Shown one piece after another: positions 37,712 through 44,764 of a stretch of DNA of 50,990 nucleotides. The DNA comes from a bacterium (GTDB taxonomy: Bacteria; Zhuqueibacterota; Zhuqueibacteria; Zhuqueibacterales; Zhuqueibacteraceae). The notes beneath the pieces were generated by a model. That model was not told where the DNA came from, did no database searches, and saw nothing but the letters and a program-made list of their open reading frames with translations. The stretch lies in assembly GCA_044869275.1 (NCBI GenBank), contig JBIOXB010000050.1, forward strand, positions 1-50,990, in the 5' to 3' direction. The stretch's first letter is position 1; each line of letters opens with the position of its first letter. A program made the position numbers and the translations under genes.

Positions 37712-39946
37712 CTATATGCCAGCCCGATCATCAAATTCCTCGGCTATCATATGTCCTTTTAAAAGCCGGCCGTTCAGAATCTTTTTATACGACCTGGAGG
37801 CATGGCGCAACGATCGCAGAAGCGGAATAGCATGACCTTGCCAACTGGTCAGCGGGAGCCTCATGCACCATGCAACCAGGGGCGAAACAAACCAAAGCGC
37901 GAGAACGGGGCTTGCCGCGGGTAATGCCTCCGGCCGCAGAAATGCCAAGCAACTCAACGTTCCGAGCGAGATGGCCGGAGCGGCCCACATCGATTTGTAA
38001 GTGCTCCACAAATCCACCGGGGCAATGTTTTCGCTGTCTTCCGCAGTGGTCCATTCCAACAAGCGCTGGTGTGTAAAAAATCTTCGCCAAACCGCAGACA
38101 AAATCGTCTGCAAGCTGAAGACGGCATCGTAAGGCAAGCTAACCATCCAAAACCCCAGCTTGCCGGCCTCCCTGGCAAACGATTGCAGGGCAGCATGAAG
38201 TTGGTCAGCTCGACGTTGTGGGCTGGGCTTGCGGAGCAAATCCATTATTAACTTCAGAACCAGCGGAAATCCGTTTATGCCTGCCAAAAATACGCTGCCC
38301 AGCCACGCCGGCCACCAGAACATCCAGCTCATGATCAGAAACAGTGTGGTTCCAAGTTGAAGAAGACTGCGCCTAAGATTATCAATAATCTTCCAGCGCG
38401 AAAGCAGCGTGATCGGATTTTTGTGCAGCACATCTTGAGGGCCGCGAACATGCGGCAGCAACCAGCAGGCATTCTGCCAATCCCCCCTGATCCATCGGCG
38501 CCGGCGCGCCGCTTCTGCGGCGTAACTCGAGGGATACTGCTCAAAGAAAATAATGTCACTCACCAGCCCGGAGCGCGCATAAAAACCTTCGAGATGATCA
38601 TGGCTGATCACGCGATTCTCAGGGATGCGCCCTTTCATGCACTTTATGAATATGTCGAGATCATAAATCCCCTTGCCCACAAAAGTGCCGTTGTCGAACA
38701 AATCCTGATAGACGTCAGCAGCTATTGACGATCGGGAGTCAATGGGCGGTTCACTCCAATAGAGTTCCGTAAAGATCGACCTTTGCGCTCCGCTTGCCGG
38801 TTTCGCAATCATTCGTGGCTGGAGAATCCCATAGCCTTCTCGCACGCATTTTTGTTCGTCATCAAACTCCGGTGCATTGAGCGGATGTGCCATGGTCGCG
38901 ATCAGAGGTCGTATGGCATCGCGCGGCAGTTCGGTGTCGGCATCGACGGTGACCACATACCTGATGCTCTGAAGAATCGAGGTGTCGCCAACGATCAGAG
39001 AAAAGCAATGCGAAGTCCCGGCGCGCAACAGTGAATGCAGCTCGGCGAGCTTCCCACGTTTGCGTTCGTGCCCCATCCACAGTTTTTCGTGGTGATTCCA
39101 TCGGCGCGGCCGGTGAAAGAGGAAAAAAATGGGATTTTTTCCTCGCCTATACTTTTGATTCAGCGCAACGATGCCATTTTGTGCTTGCCGGAGAAGCAGT
39201 TCGTCCCGCGGATTGATTTCCTGCTTGGAGTCACAGAAATCAGTCAGCAAAGAAAAATAAATATTCGGATCGTTGTTCCGCAAATAATGGGTTTCGAGGG
39301 CTGCCAGCAAATCATGAACCACCTGGGGATTACTCAGAAAGCACGGCACAGTGACGAGCGTCCGCATGGCGGGTGGAACACCGGCAGAAAAATCCATGCG
39401 GGGAAGCCGCCGCGGAGGTGCGAGAAACGCAACCAGCCAGTTGGCAACCAAAACCGCGAATTGACTTGCACAAAGCAGTGACGAAGCCGCAGCGAGGGCG
39501 AAAGACCACACACGCAACTGCTCAGAATGAGACAAGATCAAAATAGCCGCGGCGAGACCGGCAGTCATCACCGTGATAAATCCGAGATACAAAAAGATTG
39601 CTCCTCGCTTCACCATCGTCTGAAGCATTCGAGCGGCAGATTTCTCCGCATGCGCCGCCCGTTCTAGCCCAGCGTATCCTTGGCCCATCAGGTAAAAGCC
39701 AACATGCGCCGCACGGTCGTTCTTACCCTTGACGGCAGCGGCTTCCGCTGCCAATTTTACCGCCAGCCGGGCAATCTCGCCCTCCCAGTACGGGCTCCGT
39801 CCCGAGATCGCATGAACCGCATCGCCATAGAGCGCGCGTGTGTGGGCGTCCATGTCAGCATAAACACCGCCTGGATCCCGGCTGAGAATCTGCTCGACGA
39901 CTTTATGGGTTTCGGCAAGCGCGGGTTCCCTCTTGCCGGAAGACAT
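37712..39946 (-). CDS. Stand-alone NdvB/Cgs-type (GT84-like) glycosyltransferase module with TM helices
   Basis: RDPGGVYADMD, LPRMDFSAGVP, WMGHERKRGKL, TVDADT, GYGILQPR, FVGKGIYD, SHDHLEG, RRRRWIRGDWQ; about 744 aa, no downstream cyclase or phosphorylase domains. Start 39946 or 39961. Confidence 0.85.
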   Translation of the reverse strand: MSSGKREPALAETHKVVEQILSRDPGGVYADMDAHTRALYGDAVHAISGRSPYWEGEIARLAVKLAAEAAAVKGKNDRAAHVGFYLMGQGYAGLERAAHAEKSAARMLQTMVKRGAIFLYLGFITVMTAGLAAAILILSHSEQLRVWSFALAAASSLLCASQFAVLVANWLVAFLAPPRRLPRMDFSAGVPPAMRTLVTVPCFLSNPQVVHDLLAALETHYLRNNDPNIYFSLLTDFCDSKQEINPRDELLLRQAQNGIVALNQKYRRGKNPIFFLFHRPRRWNHHEKLWMGHERKRGKLAELHSLLRAGTSHCFSLIVGDTSILQSIRYVVTVDADTELPRDAIRPLIATMAHPLNAPEFDDEQKCVREGYGILQPRMIAKPASGAQRSIFTELYWSEPPIDSRSSIAADVYQDLFDNGTFVGKGIYDLDIFIKCMKGRIPENRVISHDHLEGFYARSGLVSDIIFFEQYPSSYAAEAARRRRWIRGDWQNACWLLPHVRGPQDVLHKNPITLLSRWKIIDNLRRSLLQLGTTLFLIMSWMFWWPAWLGSVFLAGINGFPLVLKLIMDLLRKPSPQRRADQLHAALQSFAREAGKLGFWMVSLPYDAVFSLQTILSAVWRRFFTHQRLLEWTTAEDSENIAPVDLWSTYKSMWAAPAISLGTLSCLAFLRPEALPAASPVLALWFVSPLVAWCMRLPLTSWQGHAIPLLRSLRHASRSYKKILNGRLLKGHMIAEEFDDRAGI

Positions 39947-39987
39947 CTGGCTTCTTTCCATACTCTTTTGCAAAGGCCCATTTTGCG

Positions 39988-41052
39988 TTAATTCGTGCCC
40001 ACCAATCCTCTGAGCGTTGTTGCACAGTGCTCTTCCTGATCGGAGATGGTCATCAGTCTTTTGGAAATACGAGGCAAGATCTCTTCCGCATTCTGCTTGC
40101 CTGCTTTCACCAGCATGTTTCTGACCACCACCCAATGTTCACATATTTCATTGAGCTGACTGGAGCAGTTTTCCAATCGCTTCTCTTGCAAAGCAGCCGC
40201 CGCGCCATGCAAGAAAGTCGAGAACCATTTTCTTTGGGTCGCCAAGGTCTGCAGTTGCATGGGGTCGAGAATTTGCGCGAGGCCTGCCTTTGGATCGCCG
40301 CCGCTTTGGTGGCTCCAGGAAAGCAGGTCTTGAGCCAATGCTCTTATACCGCTGATGCCGGCAAAAATGCCGGCATAATGATTGTTGTCCAGCATGATAT
40401 CCGTTGCCATTCTTAGAATTCTTTGCAGGGTTGATTCATGATATGGAGCCGGCGTTTCGGGGAACTGAAATTCGTAAACCGTATTGCCGGCGGAGTGCAA
40501 AGCATGCAAAAAGTCCGGCAAGCCTACGTCCTTTTCAACAAATTCGATCATGAACGTGTTTTTAACGAAGACATGTTCATACTCTATCAATTTGGTGGTG
40601 CTGTTTTTGCGGTCCAGGCCTATGAGTATGCACATATGAAAAAAATGCGAGTACATAAAGTTGTAGCGGTAATGAGGCAGGTAATATTGATCCAACATCA
40701 CGAGCAAAGGCTCATTTTGGGCGAGCCTTTGTTCCAGCTGTTCCTGAACAGAATGGCCGGAGTTCATATGTTTTGCCCGCATGTTGATCTGGTCGATTTC
40801 ACGGAGATGGCGCTCAAAATGCGTGAAACAATGCACCGCTGGCACAGGCACGGCTTTTTGCTCCCGGTGCGAGACGGGATTGCTTCTATAATAGAAATCG
40901 TACTCTTTACACATCACGAGATCCAAATTCTCGTACCCATGGTAACGCAGAATCCCTCCGATTGAAGAAAACGTACAGTGATACGGCACGATCGCGTTCC
41001 CGCTCTTGGCCGGGACGTAGGGAAGGCATTTATTGAGGTCGATAGTGCTCAT
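39988..41052 (-). CDS. BtrH N-terminal-domain protein (papain-like fold, putative ACP-dependent acyltransferase)
   Basis: YHCTFSS (Cys), PLLVMLDQYYLPHY, HFFHMCILIGLD (His), GISGIRALAQDL helical C-domain; RBS GGAGG. Confidence 0.75.
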   Translation of the reverse strand: MSTIDLNKCLPYVPAKSGNAIVPYHCTFSSIGGILRYHGYENLDLVMCKEYDFYYRSNPVSHREQKAVPVPAVHCFTHFERHLREIDQINMRAKHMNSGHSVQEQLEQRLAQNEPLLVMLDQYYLPHYRYNFMYSHFFHMCILIGLDRKNSTTKLIEYEHVFVKNTFMIEFVEKDVGLPDFLHALHSAGNTVYEFQFPETPAPYHESTLQRILRMATDIMLDNNHYAGIFAGISGIRALAQDLLSWSHQSGGDPKAGLAQILDPMQLQTLATQRKWFSTFLHGAAAALQEKRLENCSSQLNEICEHWVVVRNMLVKAGKQNAEEILPRISKRLMTISDQEEHCATTLRGLVGTN

Positions 41053-41053
41053 G

Positions 41054-41671
41054 TTATCCCCCTCCCCTCGCGCCCTGCATGGTCAAGCAAAAGATATGCA
41101 TGGAGGGGTTATCAGGAAATTCAATCTGGCGTAGTCCTCTTTGCTCATTTAATTCGATCTTTTGCATCCACAAATGCGGCTTGATTCTTGTTTTCCTGAA
41201 CCCGGGAATTTCAAAATATGAAACATCACCCTCCGGCGTGTGATAATGGCTGCATGCCAGGGCAGGGGCATCGTTGAAAAAGGAATCTTGACAGAAGAAT
41301 TCGCTCAAAGCGAGTTCCCTTTTTTCTGGGATGCCATCTGCATAATGCAAGGTTAGGGTGTCTTTAAAGCTTCCATTCTCTGACGCGCCAATCACAAAAA
41401 TGCGCGCATAGCACCTCGGCGGAACGGCCACGCAGTTTCCGCACAAAGCGAGATTATTACCCTTGCCGTCGCTTTTGTCTGGGAACCAAAAGGGCACGTG
41501 CTCATGCTCAAAGATAGATTCGGATTCAGGTAATTCTTCGGCCGGAAAGGTTTTCTCCCAGGAGTCGAAGTCCCCGTCCCCGCGATTGGCATCATAAGAG
41601 ATGCCATCATTGTTGAAGAATCCCGACAGATCGATAATTTCAAAGTGCCGGGCGTTCCTCCGAAGTGGCAT
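41054..41671 (-). CDS. Hypothetical beta-sandwich protein resembling accessory domains of glycoside hydrolases
   Basis: IDLSGFFNNDGIS...GDFD...FPAEELP...VPFWFP...NNLAL.G...LHYADG...IEFPDNPSMHIFCLT. Confidence 0.6.
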   Translation of the reverse strand: MPLRRNARHFEIIDLSGFFNNDGISYDANRGDGDFDSWEKTFPAEELPESESIFEHEHVPFWFPDKSDGKGNNLALCGNCVAVPPRCYARIFVIGASENGSFKDTLTLHYADGIPEKRELALSEFFCQDSFFNDAPALACSHYHTPEGDVSYFEIPGFRKTRIKPHLWMQKIELNEQRGLRQIEFPDNPSMHIFCLTMQGARGGG

Positions 41672-41963
41672 TGGGTATGCAGCTCTCTGCTTTTTTGCTC
41701 GAAAGACCGGAACCGCTTTTCCTCAAGTTCTCTATTTCTTCGACCAGATGTGTCAGGCTATTGACCTCGGCAAGGGTAATATCGTCCCTGAAACGGATCT
41801 GGAATTCCTCTTCAATAGCTGCAATAAAACTCATGAGCGCGAGGCTGTCCAGATCGAAGAGTTCCGTCACGCTTTGGTTGAGATCCGTCAAAGCGCGAAC
41901 ATGGCCGTCATTGCATTTACCCGGCGCAATTTCCAGGAGCTTTGCAAGAATTTTCTGATCCAT
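41640..41963 (-). CDS. Acyl carrier protein
   Basis: LFDLDSLALMSFIAAIEEEFQIRF: phosphopantetheine Ser in a DSL motif. Confidence 0.85.
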   Translation of the reverse strand: MDQKILAKLLEIAPGKCNDGHVRALTDLNQSVTELFDLDSLALMSFIAAIEEEFQIRFRDDITLAEVNSLTHLVEEIENLRKSGSGLSSKKAESCIPNATSEERPAL

Positions 41964-41969
41964 ATGCGG

Positions 41970-42443
41970 TTACCGGGAGAAGATCGAATCAACGGCCGCT
42001 TCGAATGCTGCGATATTATGATTCTCATAGACCGAGAATGAAGTTCGCTCGTCATTGAGATCGTGGCGTTCGACAATAATGGGGCTCTTGCGATTCTCAT
42101 AAACTTGTAACGCTTCATTGGGAATCGTCACCATCCGGAGGGCAGGGCCGAAAGCAATGTTCTTGAAGTAGTTTTCATAGATCAGCGCGTTGGTGAATAC
42201 CAATGTTCTGTCCAAATTTTTGTGATACCAATAATTGGCCAGAAACTGGTTGCAGAAACCACAGCCCTGTGAGGTCAGGATCACATAGAATCTCGCGCTG
42301 TCGGATTGACTCGTGATGAGCTTGATTTCGGCGGAGGTGAGCCCAGGTTCAGGCATGGGCGTGGAGGAACGAGAACACCCGCCCAGGAAGCCCGCGAGGC
42401 ACAACCCCACAATGAGCCAACGGTTCCGGTCTGGTCGCATCAT
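41970..42443 (-). CDS. Lipoprotein with a thioredoxin-like CxxC motif
   Basis: Lipobox LGGC; FYVILTSQGCGFCNQF; later KSPIIV (candidate cis-Pro). Confidence 0.65.
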   Translation of the reverse strand: MMRPDRNRWLIVGLCLAGFLGGCSRSSTPMPEPGLTSAEIKLITSQSDSARFYVILTSQGCGFCNQFLANYWYHKNLDRTLVFTNALIYENYFKNIAFGPALRMVTIPNEALQVYENRKSPIIVERHDLNDERTSFSVYENHNIAAFEAAVDSIFSR

Positions 42444-42466
42444 TCTGCCTTTTCGACATGAAGAAA

Positions 42467-43552
42467 CTATTCTGGCTCCAAAGAGACAATTCTCCATCCG
42501 GTAAGCGTTCTTTGGATGTCGTTCGCCTCGTCTTCATCGCTTTCGCTCACAAAATAGACGTGCTCAGCATCATTGCACCGCACGTTCGAGCCTAGTTTTT
42601 CACGCATGGCATAATTCAAAGTGATGGTGTCGAGGGCGTTGAGTTGCAAATCAAAAATAAAAAGCTTTGTCGTCCGGGTCTGTTCATCCGTTCTTCCATC
42701 TTCGATTTCTGCAACAATAAATTTGCCGAGTATGTGCAATCCACAAACACGGCTGTTGTTAAACAAGTACTCTTTCATCTCCTCAAAGGTGGCGGCAGAA
42801 CTAAAATCTAAATTCTTCTTTTCAACCTTAAACTCTGAATCCCTGATCAAACAAGACTGCTCTTCAAAGTTTTTGAGGTTCATGAGGTGTATGGTGTTTT
42901 CAGCCGGGCTGGCATAGAAAACGACGTCTCCCCGGCTTGCCAAGCCTCCGGAACCTGCATAGAACATCAGCATATCATGCTGAGAATTTCTCAACCCAAA
43001 TGTTCGCACCATTGACTTTTTGCCCACATCATAAACAGCAATAAAGTGAGCTCTCCGCCCGCCAGCCAAATACAGGACAAACCTATTGTCAAAATAAATG
43101 AAATTGCTTATCGCTTCTGAGAATCCAGTGATTTCCTTGAGGGGGAGTCCGTTTTCTTGATAAAGAATGAACTTTACAGCATTTTCATCCCACACAAAAA
43201 TTGTGTCGCCACGAGATTTTATCTTGTGGGGAGATCCGTATTCATAGGGCCCTTGACCCCACCGGCCCAAAGTATCAATTTGACGGCCCTTCTCATTATA
43301 TAACACCAAATTGGCGGGTTGGATGCTTGAGACCACGAATTTATTCTGCCCGACTGGTGCGACACTTGCTATGTGGCTCAATTTTCTCAAGTTTTCTTCC
43401 AAGTCTACTCTTTTTGCTTCCACCAGCGCCAGCGTTTGATGACTGCCAACCAATTTAGTTTGTGCAAAGGCGAGCGCCTGCATGAATAATACCATCGAAA
43501 TCGTGAACCTATCTGTGCACAGTCTTATACGAAGAAAGTTCAGCATAAACAT
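42467..43552 (-). CDS. Exported 6-bladed beta-propeller protein
   Basis: Signal peptide; LYNEKGRQIDTLGRWGQGPYEY, DTIFVWD repeats. Confidence 0.8.
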   Translation of the reverse strand: MFMLNFLRIRLCTDRFTISMVLFMQALAFAQTKLVGSHQTLALVEAKRVDLEENLRKLSHIASVAPVGQNKFVVSSIQPANLVLYNEKGRQIDTLGRWGQGPYEYGSPHKIKSRGDTIFVWDENAVKFILYQENGLPLKEITGFSEAISNFIYFDNRFVLYLAGGRRAHFIAVYDVGKKSMVRTFGLRNSQHDMLMFYAGSGGLASRGDVVFYASPAENTIHLMNLKNFEEQSCLIRDSEFKVEKKNLDFSSAATFEEMKEYLFNNSRVCGLHILGKFIVAEIEDGRTDEQTRTTKLFIFDLQLNALDTITLNYAMREKLGSNVRCNDAEHVYFVSESDEDEANDIQRTLTGWRIVSLEPE

Positions 43553-43616
43553 TTTTCCATGGCGAATGATGCAGCAATTTGCAAGGGTCTGAATAAACGT
43601 CGAAGGTGATAACTTC

Positions 43617-43718
43617 TACTACAACGTTAAGTTCACATTTTTGCACCAAAAACTGCACTGTCATCCCGAAGCATCGGGATGACAAGTCTAGTGGTGGCGT
43701 TGACTTAACGTTGTAGTA
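43617..43718. mobile_element. MITE-like element: perfect terminal inverted repeats around a REP-like hairpin
   Basis: TACTACAACGTTAAGT (43617-43632) / ACTTAACGTTGTAGTA (43703-43718); inner TGTCATCCCGA-AGCA-TCGGGATGACA (43659-43684). Confidence 0.7.
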
Positions 43719-43769
43719 CTACTATCCACCTTTGATGGTTTGGCTTTGGCCCTTTTGCTTTCGCAGTCG

Positions 43770-43925
43770 TCAGAAGCAAGGATAGCAAGGGCGAGGACCT
43801 CCATTCACGCACATCCAAAAACCATCGGAGTAGACAAAGATATGCCACACATCGTGTGCGCACGAAGGACCTTCGTGCAAATAAACCATGTTTTTTGAAG
43901 GAATGGGCTTCATCACTTTTTTCAT
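43770..43925 (-). CDS. Cys/Trp-rich precursor peptide 3 (51 aa): MKKVMKPIPSKNMVYLHEGPSCAHDVWHIFVYSDGFWMCVNGGPRPCYPCF
   Basis: Manually translated, absent from the ORF track; RBS AAGGAGG; homologous to the two upstream peptides. Confidence 0.9.
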   Translation of the reverse strand: MKKVMKPIPSKNMVYLHEGPSCAHDVWHIFVYSDGFWMCVNGGPRPCYPCF

Positions 43926-43949
43926 GGTTTTCCTCCTTGAGCCACAGGA

Positions 43950-44123
43950 TTAGCAACGGCCGATGGCGGCAACGCATGGAGCACATATCCATTGGCCGCT
44001 TGAGACGCACCTCCACGCACCAGTGCTATTGATTTCCATGTGCCAAATCGGGGCGCAACACCAAGGGCCTTCATACAGATGAAGTTCGCTCTTTAAGCGT
44101 GTGGGTTTGATCGTTTTTTTCAT
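43950..44123 (-). CDS. Cys/Trp-rich precursor peptide 2 (57 aa): MKKTIKPTRLKSELHLYEGPWCCAPIWHMEINSTGAWRCVSSGQWICAPCVAAIGRC
   Basis: Manually translated, absent from the ORF track; RBS GGAG; same leader and Cys spacing as its neighbours. Confidence 0.9.
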   Translation of the reverse strand: MKKTIKPTRLKSELHLYEGPWCCAPIWHMEINSTGAWRCVSSGQWICAPCVAAIGRC

Positions 44124-44156
44124 GGCTTTTCTCCGTAGGATGGGTGAAGCTGTTGA

Positions 44157-44327
44157 TCAAACGGGACAGCATCCCTTGCACACTTGAATTCCTCCAGTTA
44201 CACAAGTCCAGCTGCCGTCTGGAAAGTGTTGCACATACCATAGATGAGTACAACACCAAACACCGCTGCTAAATTCATAAAGATATAGTTTCTCTCCAGA
44301 ACGGATGCTTTTGATCGTTTTCTTCAT
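44157..44327 (-). CDS. Cys/Trp-rich precursor peptide 1 (56 aa): MKKTIKSIRSGEKLYLYEFSSGVWCCTHLWYVQHFPDGSWTCVTGGIQVCKGCCPV
   Basis: RBS GGAGGA before ATG 44327; paralog of peptides 2 and 3. Confidence 0.9.
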   Translation of the reverse strand: MKKTIKSIRSGEKLYLYEFSSGVWCCTHLWYVQHFPDGSWTCVTGGIQVCKGCCPV

Positions 44328-44387
44328 GGGTATTCCTCCAGTTGATGCAATAAACCGCATAAGCCAATGTCCAGAGACAGTTCGTCA

Positions 44388-44753
44388 CTATTCGAGCACG
44401 ATCACTGAATGATAGCCCTCATACGGAGGCGGAATCTTTTTCTTTCTGGGGTTGAGCGGATCGTTGATCCAGTCTTTGCCATTGATAAAAAACCTGTACT
44501 CCAAAGTCTTATGCGGATTCAATATCGTCATCACCCATACCGAATCATGGTTTTCCATCGGTGCCATCAGCCAGCTGCCATTGGCATCGGAGCCAAATTC
44601 GACTTTTTCGTAGTTGTTATTTCTAAGCCGGAATTCCACGATTTCGTCCGTCACCTTGACTGATTTCGGCACCTGGCTGTTTTCCTTTCGAAGACAGGAG
44701 CTTTGAACACAAATCAGCAACCCCAGCAGAAGGCAACGGTAGCGGGTTTTCAT
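44388..44753 (-). CDS. Lipoprotein with a CBM48/AMPK-glycogen-binding-like domain
   Basis: Lipobox-like QSSC; VEFGSDANGSW..PM....VW....LEYRFFINGKDWINDPLNP. Confidence 0.75.
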   Translation of the reverse strand: MKTRYRCLLLGLLICVQSSCLRKENSQVPKSVKVTDEIVEFRLRNNNYEKVEFGSDANGSWLMAPMENHDSVWVMTILNPHKTLEYRFFINGKDWINDPLNPRKKKIPPPYEGYHSVIVLE

Positions 44754-44764
44754 ATGATTCCCCA

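Noticed and set aside
39947..40135. N-terminal extension of the glycosyltransferase ORF
   Set aside because: Overlaps the BtrH-like gene and has no Cgs-like sequence; real start is likely 39946 or 39961.
43705..44259. ORF-track entries 43705-44016 and 44071-44259
   Set aside because: Alternative frames overlapping the real precursor genes, which have RBSs and mutual homology.
43770..44327. Calling the peptides lanthipeptides, sacti/ranthipeptides or thiazole RiPPs
   Set aside because: No LanB/C/M, radical SAM or YcaO gene in the cluster; even Cys counts favour disulfides. An enzyme acting in trans cannot be excluded.
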